Shown here: one piece after another, positions 11,900-25,194 of the stretch
Position numbering within the stretch: the first letter of the stretch is position 1
Layout of the letters: each line of letters starts with the position of its first letter
Origin: Chiloscyllium plagiosum
Taxonomy: Eukaryota
Direction: 5' to 3'
Assembly: GCF_004010195.1 (NCBI RefSeq)
Contig: NC_057720.1
Coordinates: 23,908,458-23,972,457, forward strand
Length of the DNA stretch: 64,000 nt
The notes under the pieces: generated by a model
What the model was told of the DNA's origin: nothing
The model's input: only the letters and a program-made list of their open reading frames with translations
Databases searched by the model: none
Made by a program: the position numbers and the translations under genes

Positions 11900-12440
11900 T
11901 ATCATAGAGTCCCAACAGTAGAGAAAGTGATTATTTAGCCCATCACATCCACACCGACTCTCTGAACAGCATCCCATTCAAAGCCATACCCCTAACCTAT
12001 TACCGTAACCCCACATTTACCATGGCTATCTCAACTAGCCTGCAAATCTTTGGACTATAGAAGGAAACCCACATGGGAAGACATGTGGAGAATATGCAAA
12101 CACCAAACAGACAGGCTGGAACTGAACTTGGGTCCCTGACACACCCCTAACCTACTACCGTAACCCCACATTTATCATGGCTAACTAGCCTGCAAATCTT
12201 CAGACTATAGAAGGAAACCCACATGGAAAGACATGTGGAGAACATGCAAACACCACACAGACAGGCTGGAACTGAACTTGAGTCCCTGACATTGAGAGGC
12301 AGCAGCTCTTACCATTGAGGTAAAAACAATGACTACAGATGCTGGAAACCAGATTCTGGATTAGTGGTGCTGGAAGAGCACAGCAGTTCAGGCAGCATCT
12401 GAGGAGCAGTAGCAGCTCTTACCATTGAGTCCATTAACCA
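11900..12440 (-). mobile_element. HE1-like V-SINE with a ~150-bp internal tandem duplication and a PLE-end insertion
   Basis: Units ~11988-12141 and ~12142-12291 (cccctaaccta...gtccctgaca) are near-identical. Confidence 0.8.
12320..12410 (-). mobile_element. PLE family A 3'-terminal fragment (~90 nt), 19-bp TSD
   Basis: agcagctcttaccattgag at 12301-12319 and 12411-12429 flanks gtaaaaacaatgac...ggcagcatctgaggagcag. Confidence 0.88.
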
Positions 12441-13889
12441 CTTTAACACTCTCAAACTGCCCAGTTTTCGGGCTCTGCGATGGTGATCAGCTCCATCAGA
12501 ATGTTACTCAGGCAGTTACAAATTTAAAGTTAAAAGTAACAACTGCCACTATTAATCGCTCATTTCTCCCAATTTGTCACTTCAAATTTGGAAATGCATT
12601 TCGAGAAAGTGGACATTCTTGGGAACTGAAGCAAGATGCCATACAGGTCTACCGTAGTTGTGTCGCAGAAATGGTGTCAACTGTCTGGTTATAAATGTAC
12701 ATCTTCCTATTTAGTATAACTAATTAGTACAAATAATTATGCAGTTAACCCAGAACAGCATGCTGGCTGCAAGCTGTCAGAGCTGTTGCTAAGTCCGAGT
12801 TGCTAAGACAATTAGTCTAATTAATTCAGGTATGTTATACTCCTGTGAATAACTGTAGGCTCGCAGTGAATACCAGAATACCAAGAGTGCTATAATGAAC
12901 AACATGTCTTGCTGGTGATGGCAGTTCTTCCTCCAATTTAGAGCAAAAGAGGCTGCAAGTGCAATTGAGCTACAGAAGCACAATACTGTTGCTAGGATAG
13001 ATTGGCAAATATTTGTTCTTGTACAATGATTATTTGTAGACAAAGAATGAAGCCAAGTGTGAACCAAAGAGAAATATTCTCGTGATAACCTGGAGGATTT
13101 TGCCCTTTGATTCAGAACTCTGTTGTGAGGGGCAAATGGAACTCACAATGTGCGGCAAATATTTCTCCAGAAATTTAAATATATTTTAAAAATAAAGGGA
13201 ATGCCATTCAGGACAGAAACTCAGAGGGTTGTAAATCTTTGGGGTTTTTTTTACGTCACGTGACTGCAGAACCTTAGTGTTGAGTATGATTAAAGGAGAG
13301 ATTGATGATAGGTTTCTGATTACCAATTGGGGAAAGGGTTACGGGGATAGAGTGAGTAAAAGGACTTGAGGGTAGTTGGTGTGTATATGGACTTTGGATA
13401 TCAAATTCCTTAAAGTACCAAACAAAATCTATAATTACCAAAATGGTGGATAAAGTGGTGACTGGGCTCCTTGCGCCATCTGTATTGTTCCCCTTAAGTT
13501 CTAGTTTTAGCACTAAGAGTAAATTGCATTGCAAGTAACCTTATCAATATAAATTTCCTGTATCACTTCCAATAACTTGTACACATTATTTTACAAGTAG
13601 CTTGTGATTTCCTTCCTGCTAACTATTTAAATCAGCTATTGAACTCACTGTAAAGCCTCAGTAAATAACCTCTGCTCTGGAGCTTTTCTGCTAAACTTTG
13701 GGGTTATTAATCTTCTTAATGTTTTCAGGAATTAATCTCCATCCTAAGGGTGCTAAAAATCATCGGTTTTCCACTGTATTTGAAAAACTTTCACTTATTA
13801 CAGTCACAAATATTTCTGTCGCTCCCCAAAGATGTCAGCCTCCCTCAATGCACCACCTAGAGGTGGTGTTCAAATCGTTTCCAGCCCTA

Positions 13890-15350
13890 AAGGATAGACT
13901 TATCTCGCATTCGGATATAGAGGGCATAATTTCAAAGCAGGTGGCAATGCAACTTGTAAATTTAACATGTAGTGAAAGGATAGAACAGAATTTAAGGAGA
14001 TAGACAGACTGAGGAAATGTGTAGAGAAGTGGCAGATGAAATTTAATGCCAAGAAATGGGATGCAATTCCAAGAATAAGGAAAAACAATATAAAATTGTA
14101 ATGGTACAATGGTACAATGTTTAAGGGGTAGTATGTCTTTGAATGTGACAACACAAATAGAGATGGCTGTCAAAAAAAAGGCATACAGAATCCGTATAGC
14201 ACAGAAAGAGGGCATTTGGCCCATCAAGTTTGAACTGACTCTCCGAAGAGCATCCTATCCTATCCCTAAAGCCCACATTTCCCATGGCTAATCCACCTAA
14301 CCTGTGCATCCTTAGACACGATAGGAAATTTTGCAATATCTAATCCACCTAACCTACACATCTTTGGAATGTGGGAGGAAACCGGAGCACCTGGCAGAAA
14401 CCCTGCAGACATGCGGAGAATATGCAAATTCCACACAGATAGTCAGGTAGGAGAAAGTGACGACTACAGATGCTGGAGATCAGAGCACCACACACCATTT
14501 CCAGCACTACACAAATAGTCACCCAAGGCTGGAATCAAACCCAGGTCCCTGGAGGCAGCAGTGCTAACCACTGAGCCACTGTGCTGCCCATACTGAGCCT
14601 CTATGCTGCCCATTGTATTTATAAAAATCCTTACCTTTATATAAATAAACATAGGAGATATTGCAAGAAATTTATGCTAAACCATCATAAAACATTGAGT
14701 ATTGTTACAATTTCTGTGCACCAGAGTTTATGAAGGATGTCAAGTCCTGAAAGACAATGTGGATGAAATTGACTAGAGCAATATCAAGGAATAAAAGCTT
14801 AACTCAGCAGGTCGGGAAGTATTTTTTGGGAGAAAACAAAGTTATTGTTTTGAGTCCATGACTCTTCATCCGCTTTCTTCCTACAGATACTTCCAAACCT
14901 GCTGAGTTTCTTCAGCAATTTCTGTTTTTTTTTCAGATCTCCAGCAACCGCAATTCGTTGTTTGATTGTATACAATTTAGGGAATCTTTGATAAAGGTCT
15001 CCAGGAACACAGATGGAGTTTGAGAGATGAGAGATTTACCAATTGAAAGAAGCAGAAACTTTCACTGAGTAAAGGACACAGATCTAAAACTAATTGGTAA
15101 AATGAAGGCAAAGGCAATATGAGGAAATACAAAAGTACACTGTAAGTTGCTAAGATTTGGAAAACATTGCCTGAAATGGTGGTAGAAGCAGGTTCAATAA
15201 TTATAAATTGGATATGTACTTGAAAAGGAAAAGATTCCAGGATTAAGGGGAGGGGTGGGATAGCTAACTAATTGAGATAGCTCCATCACAAAATTAGCAC
15301 ATGCATGATGGTCCTGACAATCTGCCACTGTGGTGTACCATTCCATGATT
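13890..15350 (+). mobile_element. Old CR1 LINE 3' region, interrupted by a SINE and a pLTR palindrome (~14795-14965)
   Basis: agaagtggcagatgaaatttaatgcc (KWQMKFN) and later CR1 3' UTR-like sequence. Confidence 0.65.
14185..14590 (-). mobile_element. HE1-like V-SINE containing a short PLE-end insertion (~14446-14510)
   Basis: gtgggaggaaaccggagcac (V-domain) and head gcagtgctaaccactgagcc; insert aggagaaagtgacgactacagatgctggagatcagag. Confidence 0.85.
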
Positions 15351-15627
15351 CTCTGGAAGCATCCATTAGAATTAAAAACATAGTGATAAGTTAATACACC
15401 TACCCTAACCTGGTCAGCAGGTCTGCTACATAATTGTTGGTGAAAATTAATGTTACTTAATGAAATGTTCCTACCCACCATCTTATTGGCAAGATTGAGA
15501 AACTTGTCAACATTACATTTATAAAGCTACTGTAATCAAAGCATTCCTTGTGTTTTAACTTGAATTCAAGAAGATTTATTTCCGAACTTATACTCCAGTC
15601 ATTACATAATTGCAGTTTGTCCAGAAG

Positions 15628-16440
15628 GGCCAGATGAGCCAATGGGCTGAGAAGTGGCAGATGGAATTTAATTTAGATAAATGCGAGGTGCTGCATTTTG
15701 GGAAAGCAAATCTTAGCAGGACTTATACACTTAATGGTAAGGTCCGAGGTAATGTTGCTGAACAAAGAGACCTTGGACTGCAGGTTCATAGCTCCTTGAA
15801 ACTGCAGTCACAGGTAGATAGGATAGTGAAGAAGGCGTTTGGTATGTTTTCCTTTATTGGTCAGAGTATTGAGTACAGGAGTTGGGAGGTCATTGGTTAG
15901 GCCACTGTTGGAATATTTCATGCAATTCTGGTCTCCGTCCCATCAGAAAGATGTTGTGAAACGTGAAAGGGTTCAGAAAAGATTTACAAGGATGTTGCCA
16001 GGGAGAGGCTGAACAGGCTGGGGCTATTTCCCCTGGAGTGTTGGAGGCTGAAGGGTGACCTTATAGAGGTTTACAAATTTATGAGGGGCATGGATAGAGT
16101 AAATAGGCAAAGTCATTTACCTGGGGTTGGGGAGTCCAGAACTAGAGGGCATAGGTTTAGGGTGAGAGGGGAAAGATATAAAAGAGACCTAAGGGGCAAC
16201 TTTTTCACGTAGAGGGTGGTACGTGTATGGAATGAGCTGCCAGAGGAAGTGGTGGAGGCTGGTACAATTGTAACATTTAAGAGGCATTTGGATGGGTATA
16301 TGAATAGGAAGGGCTTGGATGGATATGGGCCGTGTGCTGGCAGGTGGGACTGGATTGGGTTGGGATATCTGGTCAGCATGGACCGGTTGGACCAAAGGGT
16401 CTGTTTCCATGCTGTACATCTCTATGACTCTGTGACTCTA
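15628..16440 (+). mobile_element. CR1 LINE 3' fragment
   Basis: QWAEKWQMEFNLDKCEVLHFG and VRVWNELPEEVVEAG; tail ctctatgactctgtgactcta. Confidence 0.92.
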
Positions 16441-17632
16441 ATTAAATAGAATAATAAACATAAAAAGGACATTTCAACATTTTCTTCCTTAATTAGCAGG
16501 TGGAAAAGATCTTTACATCATGTTGAGTAATTTATGAAATCAGGCTACACAAATCAGAATGCCTTAAGGAGATGGTGTTAAAATAATTTATAATAATGTG
16601 CTTTAAAGATTCAAGTTCATGGGAGTTCTACTTAGTAAAAATAAACCATTTCTGTAGGGCTTTGCACAAATTGTGCCTTTAATGCAGAACTGTCAGTCCA
16701 AGTTGAGTTACAGTAATTACAACATTTCTCAAGGTTTTTATACAATCAATAACATGAGTCTGTGCCTCCCAGCTTAGCTTAGAACATGAACAAAACATTG
16801 CCAGCCAAAAAAATAAACTTTGTAGATTATCAGAGATGATTACAGGAAGTTATAGCAAATCTTTATAAATCATTGATTAGGGATCAGTTGGAATGGTGTG
16901 CAAAGTTTAGGGCACTGTGCTTAAGGGAGGATGAAGAGGAGAAATGGAGAGAGAAATGGGGAAAACATTTCAGGTTCACAACCTGCATTAGTTCTGATGT
17001 AAAGTCACTGATCTTTGTCTTTCTGGACATTGCTTCTGCATGACTTGTTGAGTGTTTTCAACATGTCCCATTCTATTGGAGCAAAAATATCTACATTTAC
17101 CAGCTTTTTGAAAAATGTTCAGACTCATTGTGATCTTCTCATTCCCCTTCAGCATGAAACCCTGAAGTAACTGCTGTGATTTGGTTTGGCACAATATGAT
17201 TTTCTTTAAATAAAAAACACATTAACAAGCTCCTCAGCAAACAAAAATGTCAAAACAATCATTGATTTTTTTTCTTTAAAAATTAGAATTTCATTAAAGT
17301 GACTATTAAAAAATGTCAGGCAGCAAAGCTAAATAACAATATATATTTGCTTCTTGGTGGATCTAGAAAGAGGCAGACTAAGCCAAAAGCCCTAGTCACC
17401 AGGGAAGGGGAAGACACTGGGATCAAACAAAGGATTTGGATTTAACTTGTATTTGCTTCGAGTGGTCCACATTCTAATTTGGCCCCATTCAAAAGTGAGT
17501 TTGGAATCAAATTGATTTTCAACTGGTATCTCTCCTCATCTGGCCCAGTGTGTGGATAGATTTGAGAAAGGAGGAGCAGGAGAAGGGGATTTATTGTTTT
17601 TGAGGCCACACAGAAATAGCCTCAAAATGTGT

Positions 17633-18349
17633 TGTTATGAAGATGTGGGTGTACTGTACCTTTAAGAGAGTTAAAAGCCAGCAGAACTACCTGACACAGC
17701 GCCAAGTGTTCTGAATAAAGTAATAATGTAACACTTGGTCAAAAGCTAGAGTAGCTGGTTGCCTGAAAACGACAAAACATATTTGAATTAGGACAATCAA
17801 TTTAAATTATACCCCGAAAAATACCAAATTCTAATCAAATTTTAATTTAATATATTGATAATTGTAAAAGCCAATGATAGAATCCGATGCTTTGGGGATA
17901 TGAGACCGGGGAAAATTGAACTGTTAGGAGGAGAACTGCCAAGCCAATGACATCTGTAGACTGTGCAGAGAATAGCTCTCTTAAAGCTACCTTTATCGAT
18001 CCATGACCTGTGAAGCATTATCTCTAAGAAAAAGAAATGAAGACACAGGAAGATCCAAATAGAAGATTCGACAGTTGGTTGGTTTTGAAAACTTGAATTT
18101 TTGGTAAATCTTAATCAGGGGGATTTTATTGGACTAGTGTTATAGAAGGGAAAGTAAAAGATAGGTTAGAGGAAGACGTTTTAAATAGTTGTTAGTTCAT
18201 TATTCTGTTATACTTTAAGAAATAAGGTTGTTAATTTTTACTTTAAGTAGTTCTTGGCCTCTCGAATTTTCACAGATTACTGCACAGGATAAATCTCTTC
18301 TGTGTTGCTGGTTTAAATTAAGCAGGAGGGTTCACTCCGTGTCGTAACA
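17633..18349. mobile_element. Solo LTR (717 bp), Gypsy-like
   Basis: Termini TGTTATGA...TCGTAACA (7/8 inverted match, TG...CA) flanked by 4-bp TSD gtgt at 17629-17632 and 18350-18353. Confidence 0.8.
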
Positions 18350-18810
18350 GTGTGTCCAGGTGAACACTCAGTCTCAGGGTTCACTCTCTCTTCCCTGGGT
18401 GATAGAACCATGTATCTGTAAGAAGACACCATTGGGTAGGAATCAGGGCCCAGGGTAGGACAAGGAAACAGCCATCAGTCTTTGGATACCACCAACATGG
18501 TGAGAGGGAGGTGGGGTTGTGGAGCCATTAGTCATCACAGGGCTCCATCAAGAGGTAGGAAGAACAGAAGGACCTGAGATTTCAGGTTGAAATGGTCCAG
18601 GGTAGAGCTATGCACACCATCAAGATGGAGAAGGGTCTCTTCAGGTAGTGCTGAGACACTGGGCGCTCTACCTCACCTTGCTCTCGTTCAGCTTCCAAGC
18701 ATTTTCAACAGACAAGCAACAATCCCAGCATGCAGTTAAAAAACAGAATCTGACACATACTTCTGATGGTCAGAACAACATCGTCATTAGCCAGTTAGCC
18801 TGTCAATTGG

Positions 18811-19285
18811 AAACAAAAACAGAAATGGCTGAAAAAATTCAGCCGGTCTGGCAGCATCTGTGAAACGAAATCACAGTTAATGTTTTGAGTCTGGTGACCC
18901 TTCCTCAGAACTGGTTCAGGGTGGCACAATGGCTCAATGGTTAGCACTGCTACCTCACAGCACCAGGGTCCCAGGTTTGATTCCAGCTTCGGGTGACTGT
19001 CTGTGTAGAGTTTGCACGTTCTCCCTGTGTCTGCGTGGGTTTCTTCCCACAGTCCAAAGATGTGCAGGGCATGTGAATTGGCCATGCTAAATTGCCCATA
19101 GCGTTAGGTGCATTAGTCAGAGGGAAATGGGTCTGGGTGGGATATTCTTCAGAGGACTGGTTAGGCTGAAGGGCCTGTTACCACACTGTAGGGGAATCTA
19201 ATATACTGCCAGACATGCTGAACGTTTCCAGCAACTTCTGTTTTTGTTTGTGATTTATAGCATCCGCAGTCCTTTTGGTTTTTAG
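18811..19285. mobile_element. Palindromic pLTR element (family B) split by a SINE
   Basis: Arm 18811-18914 and arm 19203-19285 are inverted copies (ggtctggcagcat / atactgccagac; aaacaaaaacagaa / ttctgtttttgttt). Confidence 0.8.
18919..19203 (+). mobile_element. HE1-like V-SINE
   Basis: Head gggtggcacaatggctcaatggttagcactgc, V-domain gagtttgcacgttctccc, and 3' end gaagggcctgttaccacactgtaggg. Confidence 0.9.
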
Positions 19286-19454
19286 CCTGACAATTGGGAT
19301 AGTTTATGAATGTGATTAGCTGCTTTGGATACTTACCCTCTAAATCGACAGGATACTCAACCAATGAGTGCAGACTCTCCGAAGAGGTACAAACCTCATT
19401 CATCCGCATCGCACACCGCATCTCCCCGCACTCCCCCCACCCCCCCCATCCCTC

Positions 19455-19885
19455 AGGCCCTGGTATTATCTGGAGAAACTGGAGCAGTTGGTCAAAAGGA
19501 AAAACTATCAGCGTTCTCCTTAAAGTACGAAGCTCGAATGGATGATGTAAAGAGGTGCCCAACACCATGAGAGGCTTTGATAAAATTGCAAAGGGGACAT
19601 ACGTCCACCGTCAGGAGAGTCCTTCAAGGTCACAAATTTAAGATAATTGAAGGAGAAAAGGAGATGATTTTTTTTAATGCAGCAAGATAAGATCTGGGAT
19701 GCACTAAGCGGACAGAAGATGCAGATTAAGTCGTAACTTTCAAAAAGAAATGAATCTATGTTTGAAAAGGAAGATTTGTAAAGTTACTGGAGAAGACTAG
19801 GGCTAATTGGATAGCTTTTACAAAAATTCAGCATGAGCACAATGGGCTAAATGGAACCCATCTGTGCTGCATTCTATGCTTCTAT
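19455..19885 (+). mobile_element. Old CR1 3' fragment
   Basis: aggtcacaaatttaagataattg...gatctgggatgcact...gggctaaatgg...ttctatgcttctat. Confidence 0.6.
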
Positions 19886-21807
19886 AATTAGGTTCTTCAA
19901 AACTGGCCTGAAGAATAATTTCAACTCAGTCAGTCAGTGAAGTGAAAATGTGCCCTCAGTAGCTGTGGTACTCCTAGTCTTCAATTTAGGATAATGGCAA
20001 CTATTGTTATAACCTTATTTTGGGATCTAACTCTTGTTCATTTGGTAAGCTAGTTAATGATTAATTTTGAAGTGGGCCATTAAGAAATTCTGGAGAATTT
20101 CTATAACCTGAGCATGACATTAGGTTCTGTAGGCCCTATAAGGTCTATGCAGTTACCAGGGAAACCAAAGCAAAAATAACAAGTTTTCTAAGCAGCTCAT
20201 AGAAACAGCCTACATGGGCGCCACGCTGAAAGCAGCCTCAACCAGAACATTGTGCATTATTAAAGTTGACCTTTGGAAAATCAGAGAAAAGTCTGTGTGA
20301 TTTAATGGGCTCTGATACACAAGAAAAGGACAAGACAATGTCAAATGCATGAAGATACAACCCCTGGAAAAAGCAGTCACCGGACCAGATAACAGAAGGT
20401 ATAAACTGCAACCAGTCATGCTTGTAGCTATAACAACAGCATAGAATGACTAGTCCATGCAATAAGCTGTCTTCACCACCAGCAATGTGTACTAACTCTG
20501 ATCTTGGCATTGCCAAGTTTTTTTTGAATTTTTTAATTTATTTAACCCATGGAATACTAGTTATCTATTTCATTTCAGGAAATTTGAGGCACTTGCTTTA
20601 TCCTTAATTCTGGTTGCAAAAATGATTTTCTTCAAAAAAATTCAATTTAGGTAGTCATGCAAATAAATAGTTAGTGTTCCTAAAGTAACTAGATGAAATA
20701 GTCTAAATGGTCTAATCCATCAAGCTATTAAATGGCTGACCAACATTTAAATATTTGACTTAAAATGCTGTGCCTTCATGCCACACTTCAGCACACATAC
20801 AGTTGGTGCACACTTCCACCTCACTGACCTTAGTCTGATCCTGATAGATTTTCTGCAGCCTGACTATTCATGTAATCATTTTCAAGAGCCCATCAAGGAT
20901 TGCATTTAAGTGTCTGTGAAGCAGTGGCAATCCAGATGCTGCAATGAATCTGAGAAGCTTACAGCAATGATGAGTACAGGAGGCGATGACAAGTGATGAC
21001 AGCCAGAGGGCGAGCAAGAAAGAGCATCAATCTTTATCATTACTAAATTTGAAAGCCCGCTTCCAAATAATAAAAGGTTCACATTGACACATTGGAGAAA
21101 AGGCCATCTCTGAGTACATTAAGGGCAAGTAGAGGGAGATCTCCAGATGAACAATTTAGTGCAGCTAAAATGGTGGATAGTTGCTTGTAGGCAGGGCAAG
21201 TGAAAATTTATCATAAGTAGGCAGGAATGTGGAGTAATCAGATCATCCATGATTGTAATGAATGTTGGAGCAGATTCAATTGGCTGAATGGGCTATTCCT
21301 GCTTCTAGATTGAATGTTTGTATGAATGTGTATAATTTGACCAAAGTAGGCCAGCTAATATGTCACTTGCTCATTTAAAGGTTTCTAAGAAATACTCTTG
21401 ATCTCTAAGTAAATCAATGGACTAAATTTTGCCAGTCCTTTGTCAGGGCCTGGGAAACTGGAGAACTGCCAAAATGCTGCAGGAAAGCTGTAGATGGTCC
21501 ACCCATTAAGAGCCCAATTGAGCCAATTAAGTGCAAGTTAAGGTTTTCTTCGATTATTGCAAATGCAGGGAAATGTTACTGCCACTGTACAGCTGGTGGA
21601 AGCAGAATCTTCTAGTATTTTTAAGGCAGAGATAAACAAGGAGGATGAACTCTATCAGGGCTAGCAGGAATGCAGATTTGAGGTTACATTCAGATCAGCC
21701 ATTATCTTACTGAAAGGCAGAGCGGGCTGGAGGGCTTGAATCTCCCTGCTCCTACCCCTGCTCCTTGTTTGTATGTATGTAACCTTAGTTAGACCACATC
21801 TGGAGTG

Positions 21808-21921
21808 CAGAAGAAAGTGAGGACTGCAGATGCTGGAGATCAGAGTCAATAGTGTGGCACTGGAAAAGCACAGCTGAGGAGCAGGAGAATTGACATTTCG
21901 AGTATAAGTCCTTCAACAGGA
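21808..21921 (-). mobile_element. PLE family A pLTR fragment inside an old CR1, 10-bp TSD
   Basis: atctggagtg at 21798-21807 and 21922-21931 flanks agaaagtgaggactgcagatgctggagatcagag. Confidence 0.8.
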
Positions 21922-22054
21922 ATCTGGAGTGTTGTTCAGTTTTGGTCTCCTTACTTAACAGACAATATTAGAAGCAATTCAGATAAAGTTCACTCAACTT
22001 ATTCCCAGCATGAAGTTGGTATGACTTTGCCTCCAGCATTGTACATTAACCAGC

Positions 22055-22997
22055 TGGGTCTACTGCTGTTCGTCATTTATATAAATGATTTGGATGAGAA
22101 GATAGGAAGCATGGTTTGTAAGTTTGCAGTTGACACTGAAATTGGTGATTTAGTGGAGAGTGAAGAAGATTATCTAAGATTACAACGGGGTCTTGAGCAG
22201 ATTGGACAATGGGCTGAGGAGTGGCAGATGAAGTTTAGACAAATGCGAGGTATTGCATTTTGGTAAGGCAACAGCAGGTAGAGATCTTGGGAGTTTGTCA
22301 AACAAAGAGACCGAGGATTTCAGGTACATAGTTTCTTGAAAGTGGAGTCACAGGTGAACAGTGTTAAAGAAGGCATTTGGTACATTGCCTTCATTGATCA
22401 GAGCATTGAGCATAGGAGTTGGGATGTTATGTTGCAGCAATACAGGATGTTGATCAGGCCACTTTTGGAGTACTGTATACCCTGGTCACTCGGTGCAAGG
22501 AAGTATATTATTAAATTTGAAAGGGTGCAGAAAATATTTACAAGGATATTACTGAGACTTGAAGGTGTGAGTTATAAGGAGATGCTGCATTGACTGGGAC
22601 CTTTATCACAGGAGCATAGGATGTTCAGTGGTGCCCTTATAGAGGATTGTAAAATCATGGAAGGGCAATGAAAGGTGAACAGCTTTTCCTCAGGAAAAGG
22701 AATTCAAACCTGGAGAACATAATTTTAAGGTGAGAGGAGAAAAATTTAGAAAGGACCTGAGGGGCAACATTTTCACACATAGGATGGCTCATATGTGGAA
22801 TGAACTGCCAGAGGAAGTGGTAGATGCAGGTATAGTTACAGCATTTAAAAGACATTTGGACACGTACATGAATTGGAAAGGTTGAGAGGGATATGGGCCA
22901 AACACAGGCAAATAGGACTAGTTTAGTTTGAGAAAACTGGTCGGCATTGACTAGTTAGACCAAGGGTCTATTTCCATGCTGTATGTCTTTATGACTG
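22055..22997 (+). mobile_element. CR1 LINE 3' part (RT C-terminus to 3' UTR)
   Basis: LLFVIYINDLDE...KFAVDTEIG and RPLLEYC; CR1-type 3' end. Confidence 0.9.
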
Positions 22998-23142
22998 CAT
23001 AAGGAAATGAGCATGGATATCATGGTATTGAAGACTCTCAAACATTATTACATCCCGCAGACTCCGAAGTGTCTGGATTAACATCAAGCTATGAGCTTAC
23101 AAAGGGCACAATGCCATCCTTTAAGTGATCCATGCCGCCATG

Positions 23143-23437
23143 TGGGCAGCACGGTGGCACAGTGGTTAGCACTGCTGCTTCACAGCGCCGGAGACCCAGG
23201 TTCAATTCCCGCCTCAGGCGACTGACTGTGTGGAGTTTGCACAAACTCCGGTTTCCGCCCACAGTCACAAAGATGTGCAGGTCAGGTGAATTGGCCATGC
23301 TAAATTGCCCGCAGAGTTAGGTAAGGGGTAAATGTAGGGGTATGGGTGGGTTGCGTTTCGGCAGGTCAGTGTGGACTTGTTGGGCCGAAGGGCCTGTTTC
23401 CACACTGTAATGTAATGTAACCTAATCTAAAAAAAAT
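23143..23437 (+). mobile_element. HE1-like V-SINE, young
   Basis: gggcagcacggtggcacagtggttagcactg, B-box-like ggttcaattccc; CpGs retained; nearly identical to 41126-41440. Confidence 0.93.
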
Positions 23438-23446
23438 GTAAAAGAT

Positions 23447-23785
23447 CATAGAATCCCAGTGCAGGTAGAGGCAATTTAGTTCATTGAGTCAACATTAACC
23501 CTCTGAAGCGCATCCCATCCAGAACCCTACCCCCTGCAACTCTACCCCTGTAACAACCACAGCTAACCAACCTAGCCTCCACATCCCTGGACACTACAGT
23601 GCAACTTAGCATTACCAACCCACCCAAACTGCAGATGATTCGACTGTGGTACTAAACTGCAGCCCCCAGTAGAAACCCATGCAGACATTGGGAGAACATG
23701 CAAACTCCACATAGACAGCCACCCAAGGCTGGAATCAAACCTGTGTCCCCTGCAATAAGGCAACAGTGCTTACCACTGTGCTGCT
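23447..23785 (-). mobile_element. HE1-like V-SINE, older; tail-to-tail with the previous copy
   Basis: ggagaacatgcaaactccac and cagtgcttaccactgtgc. Confidence 0.85.
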
Positions 23786-25194
23786 CCAAAGATGAAGCAT
23801 GGAACATTTATACCCTCAGTTCACATGTTATGTTACAATAATAATATTTTGCCTGTATATCTTAAAAATATCATTTTATAAAGAAAGGTTGAGTAGGTTT
23901 GGACTATATCCTTTGGCATTTAGAAGACTGAAAGGTGATGTAAGATTGAGGCGAATTATCAGGGTGAATGCTATGAGGATGTATCCCCTTGTGGGCATGT
24001 CTCAAATTAGTTGTAAAATTAGTGGTCTCCATTTTACACTGAGATGAGGAGATACTTTTTCTCTCTCAGACAATTATCAGACTGGATCATTCAAGGTAAA
24101 GACAGCATGTCTAATGGTTGAAATGTGTGGGTAGAAAAGGAGATTAAGTATTTGAATACGAGCAGTTATAGGCTTTAAGCCAACTTTGTGTAGCTGTGCA
24201 GATCATTGTATGTAAGCATTCTCTTCCCTTTTTGATTCTGCTGTGAAAATATTTATATTTTCAGTTCAGCTACATCCTGTAACTTAAAATTTTATTTTTA
24301 CTGGTGTGATGACAATTTAACAAACTGATTGTTAGAGCCGTACAGTCATACAAAGAAGTGTAAAACTCTACATCTGTAAAGATTATGGGGAGTATAGGAA
24401 AGGGATAAGGCCATTTAAACATTCAAGCCTGTCCCACCATTCTGTATCATGGATAATCTGAACCTCAACTCCACTTCCTTACTGTTCCTTCATGCTATGT
24501 CTGCTTTACAACTCCGTGCAGCTGTTGGATTCAGAACTCAGCTACTAACCAAACCTATTAACTGATTTTTCTAGCTCAGTTAGGTCCTCTAGTGCCCAAG
24601 GAGAGGTAACATATTTTTGGTATTATGGGCTATAAAGAAATTATTGTTGATGATATTGAATGACAAGCATATGATATCTCTTTATGACATACCTCTAACT
24701 TCAATCACACTGCACAATAACTCTGGATTAGTTTAATCTCAACATTTTTGCATCATACATTTCACTGATAACTATTACTTCTTATGTAATTCTTATTACT
24801 TCTTATAAATTAGCTATAGAATACCATACATGAAATCTCAGGAAGACACATTTCTGCAATAAGCTAGATTCCCATTGCAGTTGAATTTTCCAAACCACCG
24901 CTACTCCCCACCACCCCACACCCCCCACCTCCCCCCGCACCCCACCCCATTGTAACACACAACTTAATTATCGGACGAAATCCATTGCGAAGCATCACGA
25001 AACAAACAAAGGTGGCCCATTTCCTATATATTCAGCTAGATATTTTTGCACCTAAACCCATCAAGATGGATCCCCATATTCCGTTTACTTTATTTGCACT
25101 TTGTCTCCTGGGTAATTTTTAAAAATTTGTTCTACAGATGTAAGCAAAAAGAGTATTTCTTGGCGATATTGGCATTTATTAGCGATAGATTGGA

